Source: Octopus vulgaris
Taxonomy: Eukaryota
Length of the DNA: 64,000 nt
Assembly: GCA_951406725.2 (NCBI GenBank)
Contig: OX597817.1
Span: 70,556,001 to 70,620,000, forward strand
Reading direction: 5' to 3'
Shown here: positions 12,776 to 26,609 of the stretch, one piece after another
How positions within the stretch are numbered: the first letter of the stretch is position 1
Layout of the letters: the number at the start of each line of letters is the position of its first letter
Notes under the pieces: model-generated
The model's input: the letters and a program-made list of their open reading frames with translations, nothing else
What the model was told of the DNA's origin: nothing
Database searches by the model: none
Position numbers and translations under genes: made by a program

Positions 12776-13619
12776 GACATGAATACTTCATGCCAGAAAT
12801 AGGCACAACACATACTTGTATTATTGTCTTCCAGGGTGGCATGTCTAACTAAGGAGCAAGTTATAATATATTATGTAGACTACTCTTTCAGCTACCAGAC
12901 ATAGAGAGAGAGAAATGTGGAACATATCTTATCTCTGAATCTGACGGTGTGAGTTTGTATGAAAAAGTTACCCAAAAGGGGAGCTTTTACATGGTATTTT
13001 GCATTGCTAGAAAGATCACTTGAATTACAAATTAATTACATCTTAAGAAGGGGCAGGAAGAATTTGATAATGTAGGCCAAGATATCACTCTGACGAAATA
13101 AATTTTTAATAAACAACAAGATTAATATGGCTTAAATGCCTTTGATTACATATCTACAGTATCAGCATTGCCTGAGGTTAAATTGTATCAAGAAACAAAT
13201 AGACAAACGCACATCTCCACAATAGATACACACATGTTTAAAAACAAAACATATACACACACATATTTAGATGACTGTTCATAAATACAAACACAAAGAT
13301 TGACACACATATATATAGAAGAAATAGCTACTAAATTCCTCCTCGATCACACACCACTGACTTCAGAAAGGAAGGACACATAAGACAATGTAATTCTGTA
13401 TGCAATATACCACAATATATATATTCAGTTCCAACACATGTAAAGATGTTCAGTCAGGCATGACTTGGGGAACACCAACAAATACAAAGACACACTTGTG
13501 GTAAAACAAAAGCATGCATTCACACTTACACTACAATATATACTGAAAGGCCAAGACAATCATCCCTTTCTTTCTCATCCTTCTCTGTTCTTTTTGGGTT
13601 TATTGGTTATATGGCAACC

Positions 13620-13812
13620 TTAATAATGCTGGTGACATGAAAAAAAACACCCAGTACACTCTGTTAAATGGTTGGTGCTAAGGAGGGCAGGTAGACATAG
13701 AAACCACGTCAAACATGATATTGGAACTTAACACAGCTCTGCAACTTACTGGGTTCCTAGTCAAGCCATCCTACACATGCCTGCATGGAAAGCAGACATT
13801 AAATGATGATAA
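13620..13812 (+). mobile_element. RTE-tail repeat (family D), diverged
   Basis: cacccagtacactctgttaaatggttggtgctaagg...gcatggaaagcagacattaaatgatgat. Confidence 0.6.
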
Positions 13813-13894
13813 TGGTGTGTGTGTGTGTGTGTGTGTGTGCAAGTATGTGTGTGTGTGTGTGTGTGTGCAAGTATGTGTGTGTGTGAGTGTGCAT

Positions 13895-14260
13895 TTCTTT
13901 TAATTGTTTAAGTCATTGACCTGTGGCCATGATGTAGCAATGACTTCAAGGATTTATTTGAACAAATCACCTTTAGTACTTAGTTTTTGCTTTTCTGGTC
14001 AGGTACTTATGCTACTAGTCTCTTCAGTTCAACTGCTAAGTTATGAGGATGTAAAGAAACCAACACCGGTTACAACATGGTGTAGTGGGGGATACAAACA
14101 CAGAGGTACACAATGATACATATATATGATGGGCTGCTATGCAATTTTCATCTACTAAATTCACTCACAAGGCATAGATCCACCAAACAGGATTAAACTA
14201 GAAGACACTTGCCCAAGGTGTCACACAGAACTAAATCTGAAATCATGTGATTGCAAAGTG
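13895..14260 (-). mobile_element. SINE family A, old diverged copy
   Basis: Collinear degenerate match (ctgctaagttatgaggatgtaaa...gaagacacttgcccaaggtg). Confidence 0.6.
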
Positions 14261-14329
14261 AAATTTGGTGTGTGTGTGTATTCCATGCAAGTTCACATAA
14301 AGAGTGTCCATGCCAGTCCATGTAGAAAG

Positions 14330-14540
14330 CGCTTATGGCAATCCAAAAGAGAGACAACCATGCCGGTGTCACATAAAAAGCACCCAACATACTCTGCTAA
14401 GTGGTTGGCATCAAGGACATCCAGCTGTAAAAACCAAGCCAAATCAGGTTGGAACCTTGTACAGCTCTCCAAGTGGCCACCTCTGGTTAAACTTTCCAAC
14501 CTATACTAGCATGGAAAAGACTTATGATGATGATGATTAT
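14330..14540 (+). mobile_element. RTE-tail repeat (family D)
   Basis: gccggtgtcacataaaaagcaccc...catccagctgta...ctagcatggaaaag...gatgatgatgat. Confidence 0.7.
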
Positions 14541-14573
<33 letters not shown>

Positions 14574-14806
14574 AAGGTAAATTTCCAAAATGGGTTAATA
14601 GGGACATACCTTGTTAACAATGTTGGCTAAGTCAATATAGATGAACTCTAGTTAGTTTACTTTACTATACCCATTAATCCTCACTTAGGTAAATCGATGT
14701 CACTATATGCAGCAAAAACACGCGTAGGTACTGACATGTAAAGATGTGATTAAATATATATAATAAAACCTGGATATGTAAATCTGTTTTCCTAATTTTT
14801 ATCAAT

Positions 14807-14860
<54 letters not shown>

Positions 14861-14874
14861 TGACGTATATTTGC

Positions 14875-15200
14875 CATTTGAATATGGCTAACCCCTAAGG
14901 GTGGATGCTACTGTAGTTTGTAGCCCCAGGAGGACACCTCCTCCAGCTGGCTATAGACACACTTTCTGTGCCCTATCAGTATTTGCAAAGGGAAGCCATC
15001 CTTCCCGTCTTCAACTTATGATACACACGGATTCAAGTTTCAGGGTATTGACCCGTCATCGGCGTGTGACAATCATAGTTGTCGACGAGAAGTCGGTTCC
15101 CTTCACAAATACATATACTTTTTCCAGTATCGATTGACACTGATATTGAAAAAGTTTATACTGTTTATAACTCGCTCTGAGATTTATCATTGTTTGATTT
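14875..15200 (-). mobile_element. Short non-coding Penelope pLTR/retrozyme-like repeat between (TA)n tracts
   Basis: Related to 4410-4690; contains a hammerhead block; flanked by TA microsatellites. Confidence 0.55.
15024..15068 (-). ncRNA. Minimal type I hammerhead ribozyme motif, variant core
   Basis: Minus cacacg-CCGATGA-cggg tcaata ccct-GAAAC-ttgaa-TC-cgtgtg: perfect 6-bp stem I, ggg/ccc stem II; core has a U4C change and stem III is imperfect. Confidence 0.6.
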
Positions 15201-15210
15201 CACTTTTTCA

Positions 15211-15252
<42 letters not shown>

Positions 15253-15404
15253 ATATAACTATATATAAATATATATCTGAATATATAAATATATATCTAA
15301 ATAAAAATATTATCATCATCAACATCATCATCGTTTAACGTCCATGGATTGGACGGTTTGACTGAGGACTAGTGAGGCAGAGGCTCATATTGATATATAT
15401 ATAT

Positions 15405-15575
15405 CAAAACATCTTGAAGATCCTGGAAGAGATTGTGCCATATTTTACCATTGAAAGCTATACAAATGCAAGAACAGGTTGTCACTGCATTGTGCTGCAA
15501 CAGTCTTGGTTTCAAGAACCCACAGCTTTTTAACATTCTCCCAAAGAGCCTGACGGACCTACACACATAGATGTA
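15405..15575 (+). pseudogene. CR1-like LINE ORF2 C-terminal fragment
   Basis: ILKILEEIVP..YTNARTGCHCIV..CNSLGFKNPQLFNILPKSLTDLH; same family as 17022-17348. Confidence 0.7.
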
Positions 15576-16109
15576 GGTGTATATATTTATTGAACCACTT
15601 GGTATATCCAGTAGTATTACAGTCGTTACACAGCCTTCATCAACATATAATAAATTATTTTACATGTCTGCACCAATATGCATGTACGCATTGCACAGTA
15701 CAGTGCAGATATAGAAGGCTGGCACTTCAGATTCACCAGAACATAATGGGGACCCAATGCTTCAATTCTAGAGTTCTACTGTACAATGTGTAGCATATAT
15801 ATTGGTGCTGACATGTAAAACAATTTATTATGCACAGAAATTATCATTACATGATGAAAGCAGCAAAACCACTGCATACTTATGGGCATCAAGTGGTTCA
15901 ATAAATATATTAACCTTTCATACTACCACATATTTTATGGTTTATATAGTCCACATGAAAGAAATTCATAAGCTGGATCTCCTGGATTTCAGAAGCCAAG
16001 ACCCCTACATTATACTCCTCTGTATTGGATTAGTATATTGTATAGCAGCAGATACACAAGAGGAGCTTTTCTATGATTGACACAGGATTCCACAAATTGC
16101 ACTACAAAC

Positions 16110-16141
<32 letters not shown>

Positions 16142-16359
16142 GCACACACATATACATATAGAGAGATACCCACACAAACATGCACACGCAATGGGCTTTC
16201 TAGAGCGATGGCCCACCAACCCGTGTAAAAGCATTTTGCTGAACCATGGCTGGTAATACACAACCGAGTGGAACATAACTGGAAACCATGTTGTCAAGTG
16301 AATCTCCCAGCAACAGAATGCATGTGCATACACACGTATACAGATCTATATTTTTTATA

Positions 16360-16389
<30 letters not shown>

Positions 16390-16396
<7 letters not shown>

Positions 16397-16503
16397 ATCA
16401 CGTGACCGACCAGACCATCAGATGTTGTTACACAGCGCTGGTCACAATGCGTTCGGATTAGTTTAGCCTTTGAATGACGCCACCCCGCTGGCTAAGCGAG
16501 TAG

Positions 16504-16507
<4 letters not shown>
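16390..16507. repeat. Short GC-richer insertion within (TA)n, probably a retroelement end
   Basis: About 117 bp of complex sequence (cacgtgatcacgtgaccgacc...) flanked on both sides by pure (TA)n. Confidence 0.45.
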
Positions 16508-16570
<63 letters not shown>

Positions 16571-16817
16571 GTAACTATGTACAGCACTTGGCTGGACTCT
16601 TCAAGGGTTTGAGTCTAATTGCTGTTTGTTGACTAATTTTTCCACTTTGTTCTAATGGCATCTCTGCATTGAAAAATAAATTATCATCTTAACTGTATCT
16701 TACAATACACATTTCAATGCTTATAAAAAACAAATGTTAGTTTGCTTATATTTATATACACGTAATTGTACATTTAGCTTTATACCATCTAACAATATTG
16801 CAGATTAATTTCTCAGT

Positions 16818-16985
16818 GGGCAGTTTAGATTAAAGGTAAAGCATTTGACTGGAGTCTTCAAGGAATGTGGATTCGAATCCCATGGTTGTTTATTGACAAT
16901 ATTTTCCATTTTCTAAGAGTAATTTACCCAAAATTACTGTTCTAATGGTGTCTCTGTATTCATAAGTAAATTAACATTTTATACA
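16818..16985 (+). mobile_element. Degenerate tRNA-headed SINE-like repeat (second worn copy at about 16580-16700)
   Basis: tagattaaaggtaaagc (A box-like), ttga/tcaa stem, gtggattcgaatcccat (T arm/B box); downstream tgttctaatgg..tctctg.att is repeated at about 16650. Confidence 0.5.
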
Positions 16986-17021
16986 TACGTGCATATTTAT
17001 TACATGTATATATGTTAATAT

Positions 17022-17348
17022 ATCACCATCAAAATACAGGACCAGATACTGCAACCGCTTGGGTTACAGGGGACCACAACTCTTCAATATCCTTCCTAAA
17101 TGCCTGAGAAACCTGCATGGTATGGATGTGGGTTTCTTTAAAACTAAACTGGATCTCTTCTTGTCAGGGGTTCCAGATGAACCTACCTCTCAGCAGGAAA
17201 CACAGATGCGGGCAGCGGCGTCGAACTCCCTTGTTGGCCAAGTGCCACATATCAGAGGTGGTTTTACATACTAGTGTAGCTCATTCAACGGTGGTGCCCC
17301 AGCATGGCCGCAGCTTTAGAGCTGGAACATTTTTAAGGATTTAAGGAT
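17022..17348 (+). mobile_element. CR1-like LINE 3' end (ORF2 C-terminus, 3' UTR, tandem tail)
   Basis: GYRGPQLFNILPKCLRNLHGMDVGFFKTKLDLFLSGVPDEP; tail ggtggtgccccagcatggccgcagc... followed by (ttaaggat)2. Confidence 0.8.
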
Positions 17349-17436
17349 CTATATATATATATACAGTGTGTGTGTGTGAATGATAATATATAAGAAAAAT
17401 AAATGACAAAGGAATAAATAATTAAAGAACTTCATC

Positions 17437-17516
17437 AGCTTACAACTGTTTCTGCTATGAGATGCAGTGGATTCAGTTGATTGCTTCAGTAACACATTAT
17501 TGCTTCATCAGAGCCT
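17437..17516 (-). ncRNA. Type I hammerhead ribozyme motif with an extended domain II
   Basis: Minus gct-CTGATGA-agc...(about 50 nt)...gca-GAAAC-agtt-GTA-agc: stem I gct/agc, near-palindromic stem III acagttgt, GUA triplet. Confidence 0.55.
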
Positions 17517-17547
17517 CAAGTATGAAGTGCATATCTGTAACATATTA

Positions 17548-17832
17548 AGCGCTCCGTCGTTTACGACGACGAGGGCTCTCGTTGGTCCGATCAGGAGAAG
17601 AGCCTGCTCGTGAAATTAACGCGCAAACAGATGGCTGAGCACTCAACAAACACTTATACCCTTAACGTAGTTCTCCAGAAGATTCGGCATGACACAGAGT
17701 GTGACAAAACTGGCTCTTTGAAATACAGGTGCCGCTCATTCTTGCCAGGTGTGTGAACTACAGCAACGTGAAATAAAGAGTCTTGCTCAAGGACACAACG
17801 ATTGCGATCCAAATACCTCAACCACTAAGCCT
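17548..17832 (-). mobile_element. SINE family C
   Basis: Reverse complement of 48999-49320 (ggcttagtggtt...gtgtccttgagcaagac...ttaatttcacgagcaggct...cgtcgtcgtaaacgacggag). Confidence 0.85.
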
Positions 17833-18099
17833 TAGGTGTGTGTGTGTGTCTTAGTAATGAAACTTCAGTTAACTGGTGACACGGAGGTCAAAATGTTTAC
17901 TCAGATGATATCATACGATATGATATAATAATAATAATAATATATATTATATATATATATATATATACATATCACAACGGTCGTGAACATTCCAAAGTGA
18001 GACTAAGAATGTGAACTTTTAATATAAATATATCTACATACTCTATCCAATGTATTGAGCTCTATATAAGATGTTTCAAGTATGTAAAACTATTTTAAA

Positions 18100-18101
18100 T
18101 A

Positions 18102-18167
<66 letters not shown>

Positions 18168-18371
18168 CGTACACTGATTTAAAAAAACATGTATAAATTC
18201 TAAGAATTTGAATAAATGTAAGTGCACGTACATATATACATACATACGTACATACATACATACATACATACATGCATGCATACAAGTACGACCCAATAGT
18301 AAATACATACTGAAAACATAAAAGGACACACAAACGACTTAAATATGCGAATAGAGAATGTGTTATATATA

Positions 18372-18424
<53 letters not shown>

Positions 18425-18628
18425 GCACGCGCGCACACGCACAAACACACATAAAATGAAAATACATATAGCACCATAAATTATACACGCGCAAACCAAT
18501 TCTAAAATATGCATGCATACACAATTAAACGTTATGATATAAAAGCTTTTAAATGAAATCTATAATAATCGCACAAATTTGTTGACGAAGGCGTTTGCAT
18601 GAATATATCAATGTACGTATATATATGC

Positions 18629-18667
<39 letters not shown>

Positions 18668-18672
18668 TAATG

Positions 18673-18716
<44 letters not shown>

Positions 18717-18797
18717 TAATGTATATACGTATCTATGTCTGTGTGTGTGTGAATACAAGTATATATATTCATATATATATATACATGTATGTATATG

Positions 18798-18847
<50 letters not shown>

Positions 18848-19599
18848 TGTATATTATATATGTGTGTGGGTATGCAGATGATATGTATATTCATATATAT
18901 ATGTATATTCATTATATACATGCATATATATTCATATATATATATATGCATATACATATATATTCATATATGTATATCCATATGTGTGTGTATATTCATA
19001 TATATATATACATATATACACATATATTCATATATGTATATTCATATATATATACATATATATACACATGTATATATGTATATACATATATATATAAATA
19101 TTGATATATATATATATATGTTTATATAAACACATTTTCATATATATATGCATGCATGTATATATATGTATATATATACAAATTCATATATATGTATATA
19201 TATATACACATTCATATATAAATATGTATATATATATATATATATACGTATTAAATATATATATGTATGTATATATATACACCTTCATATATAAATATGT
19301 ATATATATATATATACGTATTCATATATAAATATGTATATATATATATATATATACGTATTCATATATAAATATGTATATATATATATATATATATATAC
19401 GATATTATATATATTTATGTATATATATATATATATATATTTATGTATATATATATATTTATGGATATATATATATATATTTATGGATATATATATATAT
19501 TTATGTATATATATATATTTATGTATATATATATATATATTTATGGATATATATATATATATATATTTATGGATATATATATATTTATGTATATATATT

Positions 19600-19649
<50 letters not shown>

Positions 19650-19816
19650 TACATTCATAAATATATATATATATATACATTTTCATATATATATGTGTAT
19701 ATATGTACACATTCAAAAATATACATATACATGTACATATATTCATGTACACACATTCATCAATACATTTGGCTGGATGTACATATAGTATGACACAAAG
19801 ACATAAGGATATGTGT

Positions 19817-19861
<45 letters not shown>

Positions 19862-20077
19862 AATATATATATGCGCATAAGAATATAGATATTCATATAA
19901 CTGAATAGACACAAACAAATATATATACATAATATATATATGCATATTATATATATATATATTATGTATGTGTTCTAATATACATATACAAAATACATAT
20001 TATATATAATATATATATGTATTACATTTATATATTCACACGCAATGACAGAGATATAAATACATACGCGCGTATTG

Positions 20078-20128
<51 letters not shown>

Positions 20129-20575
20129 GTTGTGCAAGTGTAAATGTATACACACACACACCCAAATGAATGTATATGGATATACGTATATTTCTATGCG
20201 CGCGTGTGTATATATATATATATATACATGCATATACATATGATTATATAACATATATATACATATATGTATATATACGCATATATATATGTATATACAT
20301 ATGATTATATAACATATATATACATATATGTATATATACGCATATATATATATCTATATATATGCATATATATATATCTATATATATGCATATATATATA
20401 TTATATATATGCATATATATATATTAATATATATGCATATATATATATTAATATATATGCATATATATACGCATATATATATATATACGCATATATATAT
20501 ATATATATACGCATATATATATATATATACGCATATATATATATATATACGCATATATATATATATATATATATA

Positions 20576-20636
<61 letters not shown>

Positions 20637-20689
20637 GCATATATATATATATATTTTTATATATATACGCATATATATATTAATATACA

Positions 20690-20729
<40 letters not shown>

Positions 20730-21167
20730 AATACACATGCGTTTGTGAGCACGCGTTATATATTATATATAAATTACACCCATAACCCCCTAACTTTGTG
20801 TTATACATGCACATATATTTATATATAGATTGATACACACGTTGTACAATGATGCGCGCGCGCACACTCATATATATATTTATGTATACACATATATGTG
20901 TGTATACACATATATATATATATATATATATACACGCACACACGTACTGAAGTATTGATACTCATACGCATTAATCTGGATTTTTGTAGATATCGGTATA
21001 AAAGCGCAAATATAAATCAAACACAGAGGCCCCAGAATTTTGTACACACTTTTATGCTCATCTCCCTTTCTGCGTACACACACACACACATAATCAGGCG
21101 TATATGTATACAAACTTCACATATATCTGTGCATACAGTAAATAGACACATATCTATACAAATATAT

Positions 21168-21217
<50 letters not shown>

Positions 21218-21287
21218 GTATATACATGCATGTGTAAATATATAAACCTATATACCTATACGTGTGTCTGATATACATACATTTTTT

Positions 21288-21337
<50 letters not shown>

Positions 21338-21677
21338 GCATGTGTAAATATATAAACTTATATACCTATACGTGTGTCTGATATACATACATACATGTTT
21401 ACATTATATGTATATATATATATATGATGCATTTATATTTGTGTACATATATATATATATATATACACACACACATACACACACGCAATCGCATATAGAA
21501 ATTCATTTGTACACAACTCACCTATAAATAGATGCATATTTATATACGTACAATTATATATATATATATACATAGAGAGAAAGAGAAACTATTATTCATA
21601 TGTACCTACTTTTTCTACACATACATAACTATATACATAACATACAAAAATATATACATATATGTGTGTATAAAAAT

Positions 21678-21710
<33 letters not shown>

Positions 21711-21990
21711 ACCATGTAAATATAAGTATATATAGAGAGATATAAACACATGAACACACGTATGCCCATTTATACATATATATATACATACGTACATACA
21801 CACAATGACAAATATAAATATATAATATATATATATATGCACATAGATATGAATGTGTGAATATGTATTTGTATATATGTCAATATGTATATATAAATAT
21901 ATGTATTTTAAATATGTGTGTGTGATTCTTAAATATGAAATGTTCTCTGATCGCGATAGTATATATATATACTTGCGTACAATATAAACA
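18100..21990. repeat. About 3.9-kb compound (TA)n/(TATG)n/(CA)n low-complexity tract
   Basis: Almost continuous alternating purine-pyrimidine sequence with variant sub-arrays; all ORFs here are YI repeats. Confidence 0.95.
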
Positions 21991-23689
21991 AAATATATCA
22001 AACTCCAGAAATTTTGGTAAATTTTTTCATATCAGCCTCGATACAGGCATTTATGAAACGAACCATCCATTGACGGAGCGTCTACGAGGTCGTTTGAGGT
22101 ACTAGAAATAGCAACCAAAGTTCTTCTTTGTCAATGTAGTTTTAAATGAATTAAATATGATGGTCACGGGTGAAAAGCTTTTTATCAGAAGTCTAGTGAG
22201 TACAAGAAGACTTGAGGCAAAATAATAACCATTAATGAAACAATCACACATGCGTATACATGTGTTGTGAATGTTTACGCATGTATACACACACACACAC
22301 TCATATATATATATGTGTATATATATATGAATGTATATGTGTCATTATGCATACATAGTCTTACACAGTATGATACAAATCAGACACTGCTAGAAATACC
22401 AGTCAAATGACAACCTATTGTATTAAAATACAAAAGGACACATTAGGCAATTACAGTCCAATGTATAAAAGTTGAGATGATCATGGGTGGAGCGCTGAGT
22501 TTGTCTTGAAAAGAAAAAAAAACAATAGCGTACAGATATTCTCACACTGAGAAGCAACCAAGCGCGCGCACACGCACGCATACACACACGCTTGAAACTC
22601 AAGCTAAAGGGGAGACTTTTAAGTGGCTGCTCGACTTGCTAGATATAGCAGCCAAATATTTATCACATAATACCCTAATATCTAAACAAGGGAAGAACAT
22701 AACGATCAATGTTGTCCTCAGTATACTATGTCTGAAAATATGACAGGATGGTCATTGTTGGAACGCCACTGATCATAATAATATAGTTCAGCTCAATAAG
22801 AGCTAATCAGGGACAATAATAAAATAAGACTTCAAAGTTAACGTACTCTTACCAACACATACATTATCACCAAATTCGTATACACTTCAAATTAAAACAT
22901 ACGTACAAAACAAATAAACACGCATGCACACTCACCTGTATGTATATAATTGATACACACACAGCAAAATGACACGCGCAGTGAAAGCAAAATAGATTAA
23001 TAAATATATAAATAATGATAATAATAATAATAATGCGCAGCACACATACATTCACACATATGAATTAATCTGAAAGAAATTATACACATTCATTAATAAA
23101 TACAACTACGAGTGTGTACAAACACGCGCACATGCAGACTTTACATTAAACGAAAACCCCAAATGCATACACACACACACATATATATATATATATATTT
23201 TGAAAACGCTTTTCTCCCACACAAATATTAAGTACACACACACTCACACAAACGAAAGACTATATAAGAGGACACACACACGCATATATATAAACATAAA
23301 TATACAACAGATATATGCAGCCAAATGCCAATATACACATACCTAAATGTATGTATATATGTGTGTGAATGTCTGTCTATGTGTGTGTGTGAGTGTGTGT
23401 GTGTGTGTAAACACCGTTCTCGAATGGAATATTAACTGTAGAAAAATACATAACACAAGAAATATATTTACACCCTTACCCTCAGAAAAAATAACATCAC
23501 ACAGATATATGTATATATATATAGAGACATAAGTATATACATATAGTTATGGATATATAGATATGTCTAGTTATAAAATATACACAGTGCTTCTTATATA
23601 TATATGTATATATTAATGTTTTTTATACATACCAAACTAAAGAGTTGGGTAAAATCCGTGGCCATTTCATGCGAAAATGTGTTGTGATC

Positions 23690-24230
23690 GCTGGTGAGAA
23701 AGTGTGAGGGGGAGAGAAAGATAGAGAGACAGAAAGAGACAAGGGAAATGAGGAGAATGGGAGTGAGAAATGTGAGAAGTAAGAGGGGGGGGGAAAAAGG
23801 TAAAGAAAATATGAGAGATGAAGAGGAGGCAAAAAGAAAAAAATATATAAGAGAGCGCGGAAATAAAACTAAAAAATAAAGAAAAGTGAGACAGACAGAC
23901 AGAGAGGGAAAAAAGAATGAAAGACAGAGAGAGAGGGGGAAGAAAAGAAAAATAGAGACGAAGACAGAGAGTGTGTTGAGGTAAGGAAGAGGAGGTTAGC
24001 TTTAAAGGAATAGATAGAAAGAGATTAAATGGAGGGATAAAACAGGGTGAGTGATAGTAAGAGAACGAACGGGAGATAGATATAGTGATAGAGAGAGGGT
24101 GAGAAGGATACTGAGAGATATTATGTAGATAGGCATATTTTGAGAGATATTATAGATAGACAGGGAGATATTAAGACTTGTAGGGGAGGGGGAAACGGGT
24201 GGAGGTAGGGGCAAATAGGGGGAGGGGATA
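23690..24230. repeat. GA-rich polypurine tract followed by (ACC/ACT)n
   Basis: Strong purine skew on the plus strand; caccac/tactac repeats at 24280-24410. Confidence 0.7.
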
Positions 24231-24896
24231 GTTATAAACTGCCAGTTGACAATAAACAGTGAGCAATTGCTTACATAGTAGCACCACCATCACTACTACC
24301 ATCAACAGCACACTACCAGCACGAGCAATGCTACTGCTAATATGAACACCACCACCACTACTATCAACACTACAACCACTACCACCGCATCCACCACCAC
24401 CACAACTACATTAACTTCAAGAACATTATTAAAACATCGTCGCAGTTATAGCATGGCATGCATAAGGTAAAGCCTATATCGATAGAGTAAGCTCTCTCTC
24501 TCTCTATATATATATATATATGTAAAGCTTATACATATACTACACACGCACGCGCATATATGTGTGTGTGTACTTGTAGTACTTGCGATTATTCTCTGGT
24601 TGTTACTCGGAGTTTCGCGTGCTTCGCCATTCGCTCAATCGCAGTGATACTCAAAGACGTCAGTAGTAACAGAGTTATCTCAACATTAGAAAACTGTACT
24701 CTACGTCTGTATTGAGTACTTTTAACTTTACTTGGACACTACATTCCAACATGTGTATGAGTGTATGTGTATATATAAATTTATATAGATATATATAATA
24801 TAATATATATGTGTGTGTGTGCGTGTGTATATATATATATATATATGATGACGATTATATATATACACACATACCTATTTGTATGTATGTATGTAT

Positions 24897-24940
<44 letters not shown>

Positions 24941-24956
24941 TACATATATATATAAA

Positions 24957-25044
<88 letters not shown>

Positions 25045-25829
25045 CACACAAATACCTACGTATATGTGTACACATACCTATCTGTATGCATGTATGTGTG
25101 TATGTACATATATCAATGTGTACACATTTGTGTGCTTGTGTATATATAATATACATGTATACGTGTGCATGTATGTACATACACGTCTGTGTACTTATAT
25201 ATTTTTTCATGTATATACTCATATATACTACATACATATATAATGATACAATAATTTCAGAATGCGTTTGACTGACATTATTTATGCGGTTAGTATAAAC
25301 TGACTGACATTATTTATGCGTAGATGATAATGTGTCTTGTACTAAAAGTCGACGACGAAAAGTAACGGATATTTTTCCGGGTTTTAAACTGAAATCTTTC
25401 TCTTCAGCGATAGAACATTCGTGTAACTTTTTTATCTTTGCAGATCAAATCGTCTTGATGAGTGCAATGTGCTTCGCTGAAGAGAACTAATACGACCGAA
25501 ACATGTCACTTGCTACCACCAGTTGGTTTTAGGAACAAAATTCACTTGCATCTACTTCGATTCCACTTTCCGAAATATGTCAATTATTTTATTTTATTGC
25601 AGTTATTTCTCTTGCTCATAGTGTTTTTCTTATTCTTTTTTTCTTTTCTTTTTAACAATTCAAGGGGGATTTTATATCGATCGACAGTGTGAATGATGTT
25701 AGTTAATCGAAGTTTTGCAACTCAGTATATAATATATATGTGAGAACTTATGGTGTATGTGCGTGTGCGCGCGCAGGTGTGTGTGTGAGTATGTGTGTGT
25801 GCGCGCATGAGACTACCGTATATAAATAG

Positions 25830-25837
25830 ACAGACAA

Positions 25838-25930
<93 letters not shown>

Positions 25931-25940
25931 TAGATAGATA
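25830..25940. repeat. (GATA)n(GACA)n microsatellite
   Basis: Direct reading. Confidence 0.95.
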
Positions 25941-26609
25941 AATGTGTGAATGTGTCTAAGTGTGTGCATGTACTTATATACAAGCACATGTGTGTACGTG
26001 TGAGTGTATTACATATTTGTGTGTATATATGTATATAGATACATACATATAAATATATATATATATAAACACATGTTCGTACTCACTAAAAGACACACAC
26101 ATAAACACACACACACAGATATATAGCCACACAAAGTGGGTGTGCGGAAAAAATTAACAAAAACATGTAAAATCCTTGGTATATTTGCAATGTGAATAAA
26201 GAAATTATGCGTCAAGGTTTCGTGTGTATATCCTCTTACAAGAATGAGGACAGAGATAATAGGTAAGAAATTATATCAGCGTTTTGTTATCTCAGAGTAA
26301 CGGCAATATGTTTCAGTTAATGAAAAATATTTTTTTTTTCAAATTCTTCGGGAAGTACGGGAGACAACTCCAGACATGTTTTGTAATTATTATGACCTTA
26401 TCAGAGTATCATAGATTTAACCATAATCATATTTGCCAAAGTAATATTGAGAGGGGAAGTATATATATATAAGATTTTATGATATTTTATATATGCCGAA
26501 GCAGAAGAATTCAATTGCTTAGAGAATAAACAAGAATCTTTGCTAATAAAATAAAAGTGCTTAAAATATCAACTTGTGTCACGCCTCCTCTTCTTAATTC
26601 TATCTGTTT

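Noticed and set aside
16818-16890. Possible tRNA gene
   Set aside because: Acceptor stem is mostly G-U and the anticodon loop is oversized; better explained as a SINE head
18076-22001. Many ORFs of 60-170 aa ([14 protein letters not shown])
   Set aside because: Translations of microsatellites that lack stops by construction; the same applies to similar ORFs across the window
24595-24670. Minus-strand GAAACtccgaGTA hammerhead half
   Set aside because: No CUGANGA core at a compatible position
25445-25515. ctgaaga...cGAAACatGTC hammerhead-like string
   Set aside because: Stem III palindrome is present but there is no convincing stem I or II; at best a decayed copy
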